Below, one piece after another: positions 1 through 11,400 of a stretch of 64,000 nt of DNA. Positions within the stretch are counted from its first letter, which is position 1. Each line of letters starts with the position of its first letter. A model generated the notes under the pieces. That model was not told the DNA's origin. It was given only the letters and a program-made list of their open reading frames with translations, and made no database searches. Both the position numbers and the translations under genes were made by a program. This DNA is from an uncultured Flavipsychrobacter sp. (GTDB lineage Bacteria; Bacteroidota; Bacteroidia; Chitinophagales; Chitinophagaceae): the NCBI GenBank assembly GCA_964430995.1, contig CAYSIG010000032.1, positions 1,743 to 65,742 of the forward strand, given 5' to 3'.

Positions 1-776
1 TGTGCTAACGGGCCACCGACATTGCCAACACCTTGAACGGCAACTGTTTTGCCTGCAAGATCATCCTTGTTCTCATAATGTTTAACTGTTGCCATCAGTG
101 CATTGAACACGCCTTCTGCCGTCCAGCGGCTTGGGTTGTTGCTGCCACCTACTGTGGCAGGCAAGCAGGTAACAAAACGGCAAACTGAAAGTATGTTCAG
201 CATATCTTCAGGCACTGTATTCATATCTTCAGCAGCAATGTAAGGTCCGCCCAAGCTGGCCACATAGGCACCATAGTTTTTAAACAACTTTGTCCTTAAT
301 TCCATGTTGGTGAACACCTTACCATTCTCGTCCCTTGTATGTTCGTTGATGATATTGAACTGATCCATTGTAACAGGGCAGATTATGGCTTTGCCACCAC
401 CCCACCATAGCCTTGAAATGGAGTTTTTATCGGTCATACCTTTACTCAGCCGCAAACCATCCTTTATCGCGCCTCCTATTACTTCGTAATCACGATATTT
501 CAGGCGGGTACCACCCTGTCCCTGTCCCCTGACTGTCTTATGAACAAACACCATGAATAAACACTTTGTTTCGGCGTCATATTTAATAAAAACCCCCTCA
601 TGGTTCTTATAATCCTCCATAGCCCCTACTTCCTGTGCAAGTTGTTTGAACAATAAATCCGAAGAGCTTTTTATTTCGTTATTAATATTGACTACATAAC
701 CGCTGGTGATGCCCGCTTCCAACATTTGGGCGGCAAAAGCTTCCGGGGTTGTATTTAGTATGTTTTGAACACTCAT
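1..776 (-). CDS. Glu/Leu/Phe/Val dehydrogenase family protein, N-terminal part (runs off the left edge; absent from ORF track)
   Basis: Manual translation from ATG at 776: MSVQNILNTTPEAFAAQMLEAG...VRGQGQGGTRLKY...DGLRLSKGMTDKNSISRLWWGGGKAII...GKTVAVQGVGNVGGPLA. It has the GG-x-R and GGGK catalytic motifs and the GxGNVG Rossmann motif. Confidence 0.85.
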   Translation of the reverse strand, partial: MSVQNILNTTPEAFAAQMLEAGITSGYVVNINNEIKSSSDLLFKQLAQEVGAMEDYKNHEGVFIKYDAETKCLFMVFVHKTVRGQGQGGTRLKYRDYEVIGGAIKDGLRLSKGMTDKNSISRLWWGGGKAIICPVTMDQFNIINEHTRDENGKVFTNMELRTKLFKNYGAYVASLGGPYIAAEDMNTVPEDMLNILSVCRFVTCLPATVGGSNNPSRWTAEGVFNALMATVKHYENKDDLAGKTVAVQGVGNVGGPLA

Positions 777-937
777 TATTGAAAAATTAGGTCGCAAAAG
801 TAACACTTTTACACCGTTATGATTAACAGGATAATCAGTTGAAATAAAAAATCCATGAAACAAAAATAATTTATCAATAACTTCGCATAACAAATCATTC
901 ACAAATTCATTTGGCAGAATGAATCAAATAAAAACGC

Positions 938-2140
938 ATGATTGCAGCACAGAAACCAATCAACGAAACCGAAAGAATATCATCACTGTATGAGTACAAT
1001 TTATTAGACAGCTTACCGGAAAAAGAATACGATGACATAACAAGGATTGCTGCAAATATATGTGGGATGCCAATCGCGCTGATTACCCTCGTTGACAATG
1101 AACGCCAATGGTTTAAATCGCAAATAGGTATCGCTGTTTCAGAGACACACCGCGACGATGCGTTTTGCGCACATGCCATTTTAAAACCGGAAGAATTGTT
1201 CATCGTAAGCGATACTAAAAAAGATGAACGATTCCACGACAATCCATATGTTATAGGCTCGCCATTTGTAGGTTTTTATGCGGGCGTGCCATTGGTAAAT
1301 GAAACGGGAATGCCATTAGGCACTTTGTGTGTGCTTGATAATAAACCCAATAGCATTACCAATGACCAAAAAGAAACCCTAAAGGCACTGGCCAGACAGG
1401 TTATTTCCTATTTTGAGATCAGCAAAAAAAACGCCCAACTTGCAAGGCAAAAAGCTGAAATAGAGGCAATTAACGAAGATCTGTCGCAATTTGCCCATGT
1501 AGTGGCCCATGACGTAAAGTCCCCATGCGCCAGCATAGCAATGTCTGTAGCACTGCTTAAAGATACTTATGGCTCCTCTATGGACAAAGAAATGAGTCAA
1601 ATACTAAATATGATGGAAGAGACTTCTCATGCAGCCATAAGAATGGTTGACGGAATACTCCGGCACACACAAATAGTAACAGGAGCCGAAATTGAAAAAG
1701 AACAATTCACGTTTAACTCCATAACTGACGAAATAAAAAAACTTGTAACGATAACCCCTGATTTTTCGATAAACACTTTAAACCCCGACCTGAAGTTGTT
1801 TGCCGCACGCTACATACTGCAACAGATACTTGTCAATCTTGTAAATAATGCCATAAAGTATAATGACAAACCAAAGGGGATAATAACGATAACTGCCAAA
1901 GCTGACACCACTTATTACACCATAAGCGTGCAGGATAACGGCCCCGGCATCAGGAAGGAGTACCAGGATAAAATATTTGAAATGTTCAGCACGCTGGGGA
2001 CTTATGACCGTTTTAATAAAAAAGGCACGGGTATAGGGTTAGCTACGGTAAAAAAACTTGTAGAAAAGCTGAATGGTACAATTACGGTAACTTCAGAAAC
2101 AGGAAAGGGCTCATGTTTCACGTTTACCTTTAGCAAATAA
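938..2140 (+). CDS. GAF-domain sensor histidine kinase
   Basis: N-terminal GAF ([32 protein letters not shown]...FYAGVPL...GTLCVLD), H-box VAHDVKSP, N-box [15 protein letters not shown] and GTGIGL boxes. Confidence 0.92.
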   Translation: MIAAQKPINETERISSLYEYNLLDSLPEKEYDDITRIAANICGMPIALITLVDNERQWFKSQIGIAVSETHRDDAFCAHAILKPEELFIVSDTKKDERFHDNPYVIGSPFVGFYAGVPLVNETGMPLGTLCVLDNKPNSITNDQKETLKALARQVISYFEISKKNAQLARQKAEIEAINEDLSQFAHVVAHDVKSPCASIAMSVALLKDTYGSSMDKEMSQILNMMEETSHAAIRMVDGILRHTQIVTGAEIEKEQFTFNSITDEIKKLVTITPDFSINTLNPDLKLFAARYILQQILVNLVNNAIKYNDKPKGIITITAKADTTYYTISVQDNGPGIRKEYQDKIFEMFSTLGTYDRFNKKGTGIGLATVKKLVEKLNGTITVTSETGKGSCFTFTFSK

Positions 2141-2165
2141 CTATTGCTTTATTTATCTTCACCTT

Positions 2166-2579
2166 ATGGAAAAGAAATTCCCATTACCGCCTTTTACGAT
2201 GGAAACTGCGCGCGAAAAAGTGCAGATGGCCGAAAATGCCTGGAATACCAAAGATCCTGAGAAGGTGTGCATGGCATACACCACAGACACAGAATGGAGA
2301 AACAGGTCAGAGTTCATTAATGGGCGTGACGAGGTAAAGAACTTCCTCAAGCGCAAATGGGAGAAGGAGCTTGACTACCGGCTAAAAAAAGAACTCTGGG
2401 CTTTCCATGAAAACCGTATAGCCGTGCGTTTTGAATACGAATGGCATGACTCTGACAACAACTGGTATCGCAGCTATGGCAATGAGAACTGGGAGTTTGA
2501 CGAAAATGGATTGATGAAAAAACGCTTTGCAAGCATTAACGACATAGCCATCAGTGAAGCGGACCGTAAAATAAGATAA
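2166..2579 (+). CDS. SnoaL-like/NTF2-family protein (DUF1348)
   Basis: Characteristic [29 protein letters not shown]...WRNRSEF...[25 protein letters not shown]. Confidence 0.88.
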   Translation: MEKKFPLPPFTMETAREKVQMAENAWNTKDPEKVCMAYTTDTEWRNRSEFINGRDEVKNFLKRKWEKELDYRLKKELWAFHENRIAVRFEYEWHDSDNNWYRSYGNENWEFDENGLMKKRFASINDIAISEADRKIR

Positions 2580-2598
2580 CTATACCCACTCAACCCTA

Positions 2599-3660
2599 AT
2601 GGCAGAAAAAAAACTACTTCTGGCCTTTTATTTAACTACTGTTGTATGGCAAGGTACAGTCATTGCGCAGAACATCAGTCGCCATGATGATTTCCTGCCG
2701 AGGGAAATAAACATCTTTGAGGATGACCTTAGCAAGAACGTAATAACAAAGACACCTAAAGGATGGAAAGTAAAACTTGAAATGGCGCATTTCAGGGATA
2801 TCACACCAGGTTATGAGCAATCAATAGGGAGGGGTCCGGGCAGTATAACCTTTAAACCTGAAATGGATGAGCCATTGCATTTGCCTGATAGCTTTACGTT
2901 TGAATGCGAGATTTTCTATCTTGATGCCATATACAGCGATGGGCCTAACATTTGTCTTTACCATTCCAGAACACCCGACAATGATTCGGGGTCACGCGCA
3001 GCGAGCATAACACCAAAATACTGTTATTGCTTCGTAGCATCAGAGAGAAAGATGGAAACGGGCAATTGGGAAGCAGGCCGTTTGCCTTATTATTCCAGCA
3101 CACCACTCAAGTTTTTCGACCTAAGAAGCTGGCACCATTTTGCTATCTCCTACTATCATCATAAGCTAAAATATTACGTAGATGGCCGATGCATAGCAGT
3201 ATTGCCAGAAGTCAATCGCGACCCAGATTACCTGGAATTGAGCAATTGGGGCCCGGTTAAATACCGGAAGGTACGCCTCGCCGTAGGTAAAGAAATTAAC
3301 CCATTCAGCAAGATACTGACTGAGCAAAAATTCATCACCCATGCTATCAACTTTGACGTCGACAAGGCTACCATAATTCCGGAATGTATGGATTATGTTC
3401 GCCGGCTAGCTTTAATTTTAAAAGAAAACCCAACAATCAGGCTGGAAATAGACGGACATACTGACAATAGCGGCAACCGCGAATCCAATATTAAACTTTC
3501 ACAGGCAAGGGCCAACGAAGTAAGGAAACAACTGGTCAGGATGGGCATTGACGAACAAAGATTACTTACTAAAGGATTCGGGGATACTGTGCCGATAAGG
3601 CCCAATACAACACCTGAAGGCAAAGCAATGAACCGGCGGGTAGAGTTCATCAGACTATAA
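2599..3660 (+). CDS. OmpA-family protein with N-terminal beta-sandwich (LamG-like) domain
   Basis: Signal-peptide-like N-terminus; WHHFAISY...YYVDG segment; C-terminal OmpA domain (INFDVDKATI...IDGHTDNSG...LSQARANEV...NRRVEF). Confidence 0.85.
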   Translation: MAEKKLLLAFYLTTVVWQGTVIAQNISRHDDFLPREINIFEDDLSKNVITKTPKGWKVKLEMAHFRDITPGYEQSIGRGPGSITFKPEMDEPLHLPDSFTFECEIFYLDAIYSDGPNICLYHSRTPDNDSGSRAASITPKYCYCFVASERKMETGNWEAGRLPYYSSTPLKFFDLRSWHHFAISYYHHKLKYYVDGRCIAVLPEVNRDPDYLELSNWGPVKYRKVRLAVGKEINPFSKILTEQKFITHAINFDVDKATIIPECMDYVRRLALILKENPTIRLEIDGHTDNSGNRESNIKLSQARANEVRKQLVRMGIDEQRLLTKGFGDTVPIRPNTTPEGKAMNRRVEFIRL

Positions 3661-3661
3661 C

Positions 3662-3696
3662 AAAAAAAAACAGCCACCTAAAAGGCGGCTGTTTTC
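3662..3696. terminator. Bidirectional intrinsic terminator between convergent OmpA gene and rplQ
   Basis: A9-CAGCCACCT-AAA-AGGCGGCTG-TTTT hairpin with A and T tracts. Confidence 0.8.
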
Positions 3697-3718
3697 AAGA
3701 AACATAAGTTTGTATTGA

Positions 3719-4246
3719 TTATCCGTTATTTTCTTCTGTGCTTTCGGTAGCAGTATCTGCTGCGGGCGCTTCAGTAGCTGTTTCAGTTGCTGCGGCGGGG
3801 GCGGCTGTTGCTTTCTTAGCACCACCACTCCTGCGGCTGCGGCGTGTTTTCTTAGCGCCTGCTGCTTCAGCATCTTTACCGTAAATTTCATTGAAATCTA
3901 CCAGCTCAATCATTGCCATGTCAGCGGCATCGCCCATACGCTGCTGCAGCTTGATGATACGCGTATAACCACCGGGGCGGTTAGCTACTTTATCACCTAT
4001 TACACCAAACAGTTCAACGATAGCGCCTTTGTCCTGCAGTTTACTGAATACAGTACGGCGATTGTGCATATTGTCGGTCTTACTGCGGGTAATGATCGGC
4101 TCAGCATACACACGCAGGGCTTTCGCCTTGGCCAGTGTAGTAGTGATACGTTTGTGCTCAATAAGCTGGCAGGTAAGGTTTGCCATAAGGGCTGCACGGT
4201 GCTGGTATGTGCGGCCTAAATTTTTGATTTTGTCTCCGTGACGCAT
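3719..4246 (-). CDS. rplQ: 50S ribosomal protein L17 with Ala/Thr/Glu-rich C-terminal tail
   Basis: MRHGDKIKNLGRT...RITTTLAKAKALR...RPGGYTRIIKL. Confidence 0.97.
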   Translation of the reverse strand: MRHGDKIKNLGRTYQHRAALMANLTCQLIEHKRITTTLAKAKALRVYAEPIITRSKTDNMHNRRTVFSKLQDKGAIVELFGVIGDKVANRPGGYTRIIKLQQRMGDAADMAMIELVDFNEIYGKDAEAAGAKKTRRSRRSGGAKKATAAPAAATETATEAPAADTATESTEENNG

Positions 4247-4371
4247 GACATTTGTTTTTTAATTCCCCCATACCGAGTCAGGAATTATGGAGTACTTTGG
4301 TTATTGACTTATTTTTGATTTACGATTTATGATTGAACTATCATAAATCATAAACAGACAATCGTAAATAA

Positions 4372-5370
4372 TTAATCTTCTCCCCTGCGGAATTTGTTGA
4401 TGTCCATTCCGAAGTGCAAGCCGCGCTCGTGGAGCACCTGCTCTATTTCAGACAATGACTTCTGTCCGAAGTTGCGGAACTTCATCAGTTCTTCCTGTGT
4501 ATATTGTACCAGCTCGCTCAGAGAATTGATCTTAGCTGCTTTCAGGCAGTTAAATGCACGAACAGAGAGTTCGAGGTCTTCAAGTGGCGTGTTGAGTACT
4601 TTACGCACCAGCAGTGTCTCTTCATCAACGATCGTTTCTTTCTCTTCGCGTTTGTTGTCCAGAGAAATGTTTTCGTCAGTGATGATCATCAGGTGCTGGA
4701 TGAGGATACGTGATGCTTCCTTCACCGCTTCTTCAGGATGAATTGTACCATCAGTAACAACTTCCATTATCAACTTTTCGAAATCCGTGCGCTGTTCAAC
4801 GCGGGTATTTTCGATAGTGTATTTTACATTCTTAATCGGCGTGTAGATAGAGTCGATCGCTATAAGGCCAAGAGGCGCTTCTTCAGGACGGTTCTCTTCA
4901 GCAGGAACGTATCCGCGGCCTTTTCCTATGTGCAGTTCCATCTGGAAACCAGCACCGGGGTGAAGGTTACAGATAACAAGGTTCGGGTTCATTACCTGGA
5001 AGTTAGGCAATGATTCGCCTATCATACCAGCAGTAAATACTTCTTTACCTTTTATGTTTAAATCTATTTTTTCGCCGGCAAAATCGCTGATATCTCCGAT
5101 AGCCTTCAGGCGCACCTGCTTCAGGTTAAGGATAATTTCTGTTACGTCTTCGAGCACACCTTTAAGCGTGGCGAACTCGTGGTCTGCACCCGGAATCCTG
5201 ATAGCTGTGATTGCATATCCTTCGAGTGAAGAAAGCAATACGCGACGCAGGGCGTTACCGATGGTTACGCCGTAGCCCGGCTCCAGTGGACGGAATTCAA
5301 ATTGCGCTTCGAATTCAGTTGTTTTCTGAAGAGCTATCTTATCCGGTTTTTGGAAATTCAATATGGCCAT
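4372..5370 (-). CDS. rpoA: RNA polymerase alpha subunit
   Basis: PLEPGYGVTIGNALRRVLLSSLEG; alpha-CTD LELSVRAFNCLKAAKI...RNFGQKSL. Confidence 0.98.
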   Translation of the reverse strand: MAILNFQKPDKIALQKTTEFEAQFEFRPLEPGYGVTIGNALRRVLLSSLEGYAITAIRIPGADHEFATLKGVLEDVTEIILNLKQVRLKAIGDISDFAGEKIDLNIKGKEVFTAGMIGESLPNFQVMNPNLVICNLHPGAGFQMELHIGKGRGYVPAEENRPEEAPLGLIAIDSIYTPIKNVKYTIENTRVEQRTDFEKLIMEVVTDGTIHPEEAVKEASRILIQHLMIITDENISLDNKREEKETIVDEETLLVRKVLNTPLEDLELSVRAFNCLKAAKINSLSELVQYTQEELMKFRNFGQKSLSEIEQVLHERGLHFGMDINKFRRGED

Positions 5371-5458
5371 ATTGATATTTATTTATGATTTGTGATATTC
5401 AATTAATGAGCGAACCTGAAGAATACTAATTCCAAATTCGCAATTACTAACTTAACTA

Positions 5459-6064
5459 TTACTTAGAGTACAATTCGACAATGAGCTGTTCCTTAATGTT
5501 CTCAGGAACTGATTCGCGCTCAGGATGTGCCAAGTAAGTACCCTTCATCTCAGTTTCGTTCCACTCTACCCAGTTTATTCTCTGTCCTTTGCCGCGTATC
5601 ATACCGGTAACGGTAGTATTCGCTTTGCTCTTTGGTTTCAGTTCTATAACATCACCCGGCCTGAGGCTGTAAGATGGTATATTCACCACTTCGCCATTTA
5701 CCATTAAATGCTTGTGAGAAACGAGCTGGCGTGCAGCAGGGCGCGTAGGTGCGATACCCATACGATAAACTGTATTATCGAGACGCGCTTCGAGCAACTT
5801 GATAAGGTTCTCACCGGTTGCTCCTTTAAGCCTTGCAGCCTCGACGTAGGTATTAGCGAATTGTTTTTCAAGCAGGCCGTAAGTGTATTTGGCTTTTTGC
5901 TTTTCTTTCAGCTGAACTGCGTACTCGCTAGCTGTTTTGCGCTTGCGGGTAGGGCCATGCTGGCCTGGAGGATTGCTGTTCTTTGCGAGGCTTTTGCCTG
6001 ATCCGAGGATCGGTTCGCCGAAAATACGGCAGATCCTGTTTTTGGGTCCTGTGTAACGTGCCAT
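5459..6064 (-). CDS. rpsD: 30S ribosomal protein S4
   Basis: MARYTGPK...SEYAVQLKEKQKAKYTYG...LEARLDNTVYRMG...IVELYSK. Confidence 0.98.
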   Translation of the reverse strand: MARYTGPKNRICRIFGEPILGSGKSLAKNSNPPGQHGPTRKRKTASEYAVQLKEKQKAKYTYGLLEKQFANTYVEAARLKGATGENLIKLLEARLDNTVYRMGIAPTRPAARQLVSHKHLMVNGEVVNIPSYSLRPGDVIELKPKSKANTTVTGMIRGKGQRINWVEWNETEMKGTYLAHPERESVPENIKEQLIVELYSK

Positions 6065-6207
6065 GACGATTTTTTGTTTAGCTGCCCCGTCTCATAAAAA
6101 TCGTAAAATCCGATCCGCGACAGCTTTGTTATTATAATTGATTAATTGTTTACTGATTGTTCACGAAAAAATGAGCGATCTACGCTCTCTTCCTTCGCAC
6201 TCATTTA

Positions 6208-6612
6208 TTATACCCTACGTTTCTTAGGAGGGCGGCAACCGTTGTGCGGCATTGGAGTAACGTCTTTTATTGAAGTTACTTCAATACCATTCTGGCTAAG
6301 GGAGCGTATAGCACCTTCGCGGCCAGAACCCGGGCCTTTCACGTATACGTCAGCACGTTTCATACCTGCGTCTGTTGCTACTTTTGCGCAATCCTGAGCA
6401 GCTGTCTGTGCTGCGTATGGCGTGTTCTTTTTTGAACCACGGAACCCCATTTTACCAGCAGATGACCAAGAGATAACCTGACCGCTTTTGTTGGTAATGC
6501 TGATAATGATGTTGTTAAAAGTCGCGTTGATATGCACGTCACCGTGAGTATCAACTTTTACGATGCGCTTTTTTGCTACGGTCTTTGCGCTTGCCTGTTG
6601 CGTTTTTGCCAT
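6208..6612 (-). CDS. rpsK: 30S ribosomal protein S11
   Basis: [14 protein letters not shown]...[14 protein letters not shown]...[18 protein letters not shown]. Confidence 0.98.
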   Translation of the reverse strand: MAKTQQASAKTVAKKRIVKVDTHGDVHINATFNNIIISITNKSGQVISWSSAGKMGFRGSKKNTPYAAQTAAQDCAKVATDAGMKRADVYVKGPGSGREGAIRSLSQNGIEVTSIKDVTPMPHNGCRPPKKRRV

Positions 6613-6743
6613 TTTCTTTTTTTAAGGTAGTCTGTTATTTAATTTCCAAGAAAAAATTCAAATTCCGAATAAAGAAATCGAAATTCTTTCCCGCGTGCTA
6701 CTCCTCCCCGATGCACCTCCGGATCCGGCAGCAGCACTATTTA

Positions 6744-7124
6744 TTATTTCTTAGGTGCTTTTTTCTTACCTGCTACTGTCTTACGTTTTCCTTTACGCGT
6801 ACGGCTGTTGGTACGTGTGCGCTGACCACGAAGAGGTAACCCCTTACGATGACGAACACCACGGTAACAAGCGATATCCATAAGACGCTTAATGTTCATT
6901 TGCACTTCTGAGCGCAACTGGCCTTCCACCTTGAACTCAGCATTGATAATATTACGGATGCCTGTCTGTTCTTCGTCATTCCAGTCAATCGCTTTCTTAT
7001 CGTAACTGATACCCGCTTTATCGAGTATGTAACGGGCAGTGTTGTTGCCTATGCCGTAAATATAGGTGAGCGCTATCTCACCGCGCTTATTTTTTGGAAG
7101 GTCAATACCAGCTATACGAGCCAT
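6744..7124 (-). CDS. rpsM: 30S ribosomal protein S13
   Basis: [10 protein letters not shown]...ALTYIYGIG...[26 protein letters not shown]. Confidence 0.98.
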   Translation of the reverse strand: MARIAGIDLPKNKRGEIALTYIYGIGNNTARYILDKAGISYDKKAIDWNDEEQTGIRNIINAEFKVEGQLRSEVQMNIKRLMDIACYRGVRHRKGLPLRGQRTRTNSRTRKGKRKTVAGKKKAPKK

Positions 7125-7207
7125 ATCTTAATTTTAAACCCCTTTCCGGGATATTTTTATTTGTTTTTTTACTTTTCTAATCCGATTGTCTACTATTGAC
7201 AATTATC

Positions 7208-7324
7208 TTATCCCTGCCTTTGTTTAAAACGGGGATTCTTTTTGTTGATAATAAATAATTTACCCTTACGGCGAACGATCTTGCAATCAACGCTGCGCTT
7301 TTTTATGGATGCTCTTACTTTCAT
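7208..7324 (-). CDS. rpmJ: 50S ribosomal protein L36 (38 aa; below ORF-track cutoff)
   Basis: Manual translation [38 protein letters not shown], located between infA and rpsM. Confidence 0.97.
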   Translation of the reverse strand: MKVRASIKKRSVDCKIVRRKGKLFIINKKNPRFKQRQG

Positions 7325-7354
7325 GATTTATATATTTACTAATAAACTTTTAAA

Positions 7355-7573
7355 CTACTTATACCTATATATTATCCTTCCGCGGCTAAGGTCGTATGGG
7401 CTCATCTCCACACCTACTTTGTCTCCGGGTAAGATACGGATATAGTGCATACGCATCTTACCTGAAATAGTGGCCAGAATTTCGTGGCCATTCTCTAAGC
7501 GAACCCGGAACATAGCATTAGACAGTGCTTCCACTATTGTTCCATCTTGTTTAATCAGAGATTGCTTAGCCAT
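7355..7573 (-). CDS. infA: Translation initiation factor IF-1
   Basis: [30 protein letters not shown]...[16 protein letters not shown]...[12 protein letters not shown]. Confidence 0.98.
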   Translation of the reverse strand: MAKQSLIKQDGTIVEALSNAMFRVRLENGHEILATISGKMRMHYIRILPGDKVGVEMSPYDLSRGRIIYRYK

Positions 7574-7589
7574 ATTTTTTTAAGGACTG

Positions 7590-7597
7590 CAAAGGTA
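7590..7597 (-). promoter_or_regulatory. Bacteroidota -7 promoter box for the infA-alpha operon
   Basis: Minus-strand TACCTTTG matches TAnnTTTG, 16 nt upstream of the infA ATG. Confidence 0.7.
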
Positions 7598-8486
7598 GGG
7601 AAATCTTTTTATTTAAAAAATTCATTGTTAAAATAAAGTTTCCGGCAAAATGGCATCAAATATAAAAAATATTCCGGACATAAGGTATTGGGAATTGCCG
7701 GATTTATACGCACTTTGCATCAAAAAACAACTGAAAATCACATAACTAATTGATTATCATGAGAATAAAATGAAAATATTGCTCATTTTTTGCTCAAACG
7801 CTGCACAACCCTTGGTTTTCAATCCTGTTTTAGCGTTGATTATCAATTAACTGAATCAGGCTGATACTATTAAGCATCAACATGGCGACTTTCTAAAACC
7901 ACAAGGGATACCCGGGAACCCAAAGTTTACAAAGTGATATGAAACCCTCTACGGGAACACCAGCGGACAAAGTTAGGATATATGGCGGTGGCAGCCATAT
8001 AAAAATTCACGAGGTGGAGTAACTGCCCCAGGATGGACAATGCTTCTGGCTACCGGCGTGTTTATAGCCGTTTTGGATGTTTATTTTTGGGGCGGATAAA
8101 CCTCCACCTTTTTGTGCGGTCGAACCCACATGATACGAAGCACGCTCGCCTTCCGCCGCTATGCGGCGAATGTTATCCTGCTGTATTTTTGGGCAAGTGT
8201 GCTGATACTTCTTTATATACCATATAGTCTGAAAAAATGCTACCAATACTGCCGACAACATTATGCAGGGTTTAGGGAAACCGAGTGGGGTTAGGTGAAT
8301 TCTCGCTCCTAGATATTTCCAGCTGCAGAAGTATATTGTTTAAATAATTTCTTTGTTTCTGCCACCGGATATGCATACAAGGTATGGCTGGCAATTAATC
8401 CCCCCCTCGCACAGTTAATACAATAAACTTTATGTCAATGGCTCTAAGTAATTCTTTTATATATTTACAGAAACTGGCTTTATTTT

Positions 8487-11400
8487 ATGCCGAGACATAT
8501 AGCTTCCCTCTTGTTGCTTGCCATATTGTTTTCCTGCACTAATGAGCAGCATCGTAAAAATGCGTCATTAGGGGTAAGTAAACAAGATACATTTTTACCA
8601 CCACATATAACCATACTTGCAGACCTGCCTGACAGCCTGCAGCCAAAGGTAACAATGCTGGATACTGCACCAAAACCCCGGACGGTAATTGTGCCGACGC
8701 ATGGTAGCTCTTCCTATTCCTTTAAGAACGAAAAAGGAGAAGTAACTAAAATAAACCTGGAGCCCCCTGTAAAAAAAATGCTCCCGGTTTTGCTGAACGC
8801 AAAAGGTGAACCCATAAAAGACAACGCGAGAAATGTGTTTATTATGGGGAAAGGGGGCAAAGGCAACTTCACCAACTTCACCTCCGATGACGGCCTGGCA
8901 TTAGATGCCATCAGCTGCTCAATTATGGATAGGTTAGGAAATCTTTGGTTCGGCACCTTTGGCGGCGGAGTAAGCCGGTATGACGGGAAAACATTCACGA
9001 ACATAACAGTGGCGCATGGACTGGCTAATAATCAGGTGCTGAGCATGGCTGAAGATAAAATGGGCAACATCTGGTTTGGCACTTTTGGAAGTGGCGTATG
9101 CCGTTTTGATGGAAGCACATTTACCACATTTACCACAAAACACGGGCTGGCCAATAACACAATATTAAGTATAGCACAGGACAAAACAGGTAAACTGTGG
9201 TTCGGGACCGGCGGTGGTGGCGTGAGTAATTACGACGGGAAAAATTTCAAAACTTTTTCTACCACTGATGGGCTTGGCAACAATACGGTTATGAGCATAG
9301 CCGAGGATAAAACCGGAAACCTTTGGTTTGCGACTATAGGAGGTGGAGTGAGCCGATATAACCCTTCCACTGCAAAACCATTCATGACCTATACCACGGA
9401 GCACGGACTTGCAAGTAATGTAGTCATCTGCATTTGCCCTGACAGGGCAGGTAATCTTTGGTTTGGCACCTATGGAGGAGGCACAAGCCGCTACGATGGG
9501 AAGCAATTCACCGCTTTTTCAAACATGCACGGGCTTGCTAATAACCAGGTTGTGAATATAGCGGAAGACAGATCCGGGAACTTATGGTTCTGCACAGAGG
9601 GGGGCGGTGTTAGCCGTTTTGATGGGCGCACCTTCACCAGCTTTTCTGCCACGCAGGGATTGGCTAGTAATGCGGTAAAGACCATAACCGAAGATCGACT
9701 GGGCAACTTATGGTTTGGCACCTTCGGGAATGGCGTCAGTTGCTATAACGGGGATGCTTTTACGAATTTCTCCACTGCACAAGGGCTGGCTAATAATAAA
9801 GTGTATAGTATAGAAGAAGATAAGAAAGGTAATCTATGGTTCGGAACAGATGGTGGTGGAGTCAGCTGTTATGACGGTAAGGCTTTCTCTACTTTTTCTA
9901 ATACTCAGGGGATTGCAGACAATACTGTATATAGTATAGCGAAAGACAGGAAAGGAAGTCTGTGGCTTGGCACACACGACGGCATATACCGATATGACGG
10001 TAATTCCTTCATGCATTTTGCAACCATCCAGGGGCTCGCACATAATATGGTTTTTAGTATAGCAGAAGACAAAGCAGGATACTTATGGTTCGGAACAAAT
10101 GGCGGGGTAAGTTGTTATGATGGCAAGTCCTTCACTACGTTTACTGTTGTGCAAGGGCTGGCTAATAACGATGTGAAAGATATAACCGAAGATAGTAAAG
10201 GTAATCTATGGTTTGCCACTAATGGCGGTGGTGTCAGCCGTTATGACGGCAAGTCCTTCGTTACTTTTTCTGTTGCACAGGGTCTTGCAAACAATAATGT
10301 ATATAGCATTACCAGAGATAGAACGGGCAACCTATGGTTTGCCACGGAGGGCGGTTTAAGCGTAGTAAATGTGACCGATTTGGAACAGTTAGACGCTACG
10401 CTTACCCTCTGGCAGGAGAAACCACTTTTCAAAACCTTTACTAAAAAAGACGGCTTGCCCGATGATTTTGTTACCCAAGTACTGCAAATGCCTGGCGGTA
10501 AAATGGCCATAGGCACCAACCAAGGCATTACTTTGTTCAGGCCTTCCGAAGGACTTACTACTATAAATGAAATAGAAGTTTATAACTCCGGCACTGGTTA
10601 TCCGGTAAAAGATGTAAATGTGGGGCAGCATTGCATGCTGCTGGACAGCCGCGGCATCATATGGGCGGGCACAGGCAGCGCGAAAACAGCACTGGTCAGG
10701 TTTGACCCTGCAGCATTGTTTAGTAACACCAAGGCGCCTACCCTGGTCATTAAAAATGTGAAAATAAACCAGGAAAATATTTTCTGGCACGACCTAGAGA
10801 AAGTGGAAAACTGGGAACAGGCCTTGAATGTAGATAGTAATGTCGTCCCGTCATACATCACCGAAGAGGTAACGACCATGGGCAGAACTTTGACCAAAGG
10901 CGAGCGGGATAGCATGAAGAATAGGTTTGGAGATATCGAGTTTGATAGCACAACCCGGATTTACCCTGTGCCGCAAGGTTTGATATTGCCCTATCGCCAC
11001 AATAATATCACCATTGAGTTTAATGCCATAGAAACAGGAAAACCGGAACTGGTAAAGTACCGGTATATGCTGGAAGGCTACGATAATGACTGGAGCCCTG
11101 AGCTAAAGAAAACTAGCGCCACCTATGGCAATATAAGTGAAGGCACTTACAACTTTAAAGTGAAAGCACAGGGCGCGAACGGTATATGGAGCGAACAGGT
11201 AACTTATACATTCAAAGTATTGGCACCCTGGTACAGGGCATGGTGGGCATATATTGGCTATGCCATACTGTTTGTCCTGTCTCTGTTCCTCTTCAGTAAA
11301 TGGCGGGAGCACAACCTGAGGATGGAAAAGGAAAGGCTGGAAAGAACTGTGGAAAAACGTACGGAAGAACTGGTGCAAAAGAACATTGTGGTGGAGAAAC

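Noticed and set aside
4247-4371. ATTTATGATT/AATCATAAAT inverted repeats between rpoA and rplQ
   Set aside because: This is a short AT-rich hairpin-type spacer repeat with no evidence of a distinct element.
7208-7324. L36 lacking the full zinc-ribbon ligands as a zinc-starvation paralog
   Set aside because: It sits at the canonical operon position, and this sequence type is the usual Bacteroidota L36.
7980-8294. Short ORFs 8007-8261, 8033-8227 and 8112-8294 as genes, or a pseudogene with an internal TAA near 8098
   Set aside because: One + frame gives hydrophobic stretches across a stop (MLLATGVFIAVLDVYFWGG*...VILLYFWASVLILLYIP), but I recognise no family and cannot distinguish it from chance.
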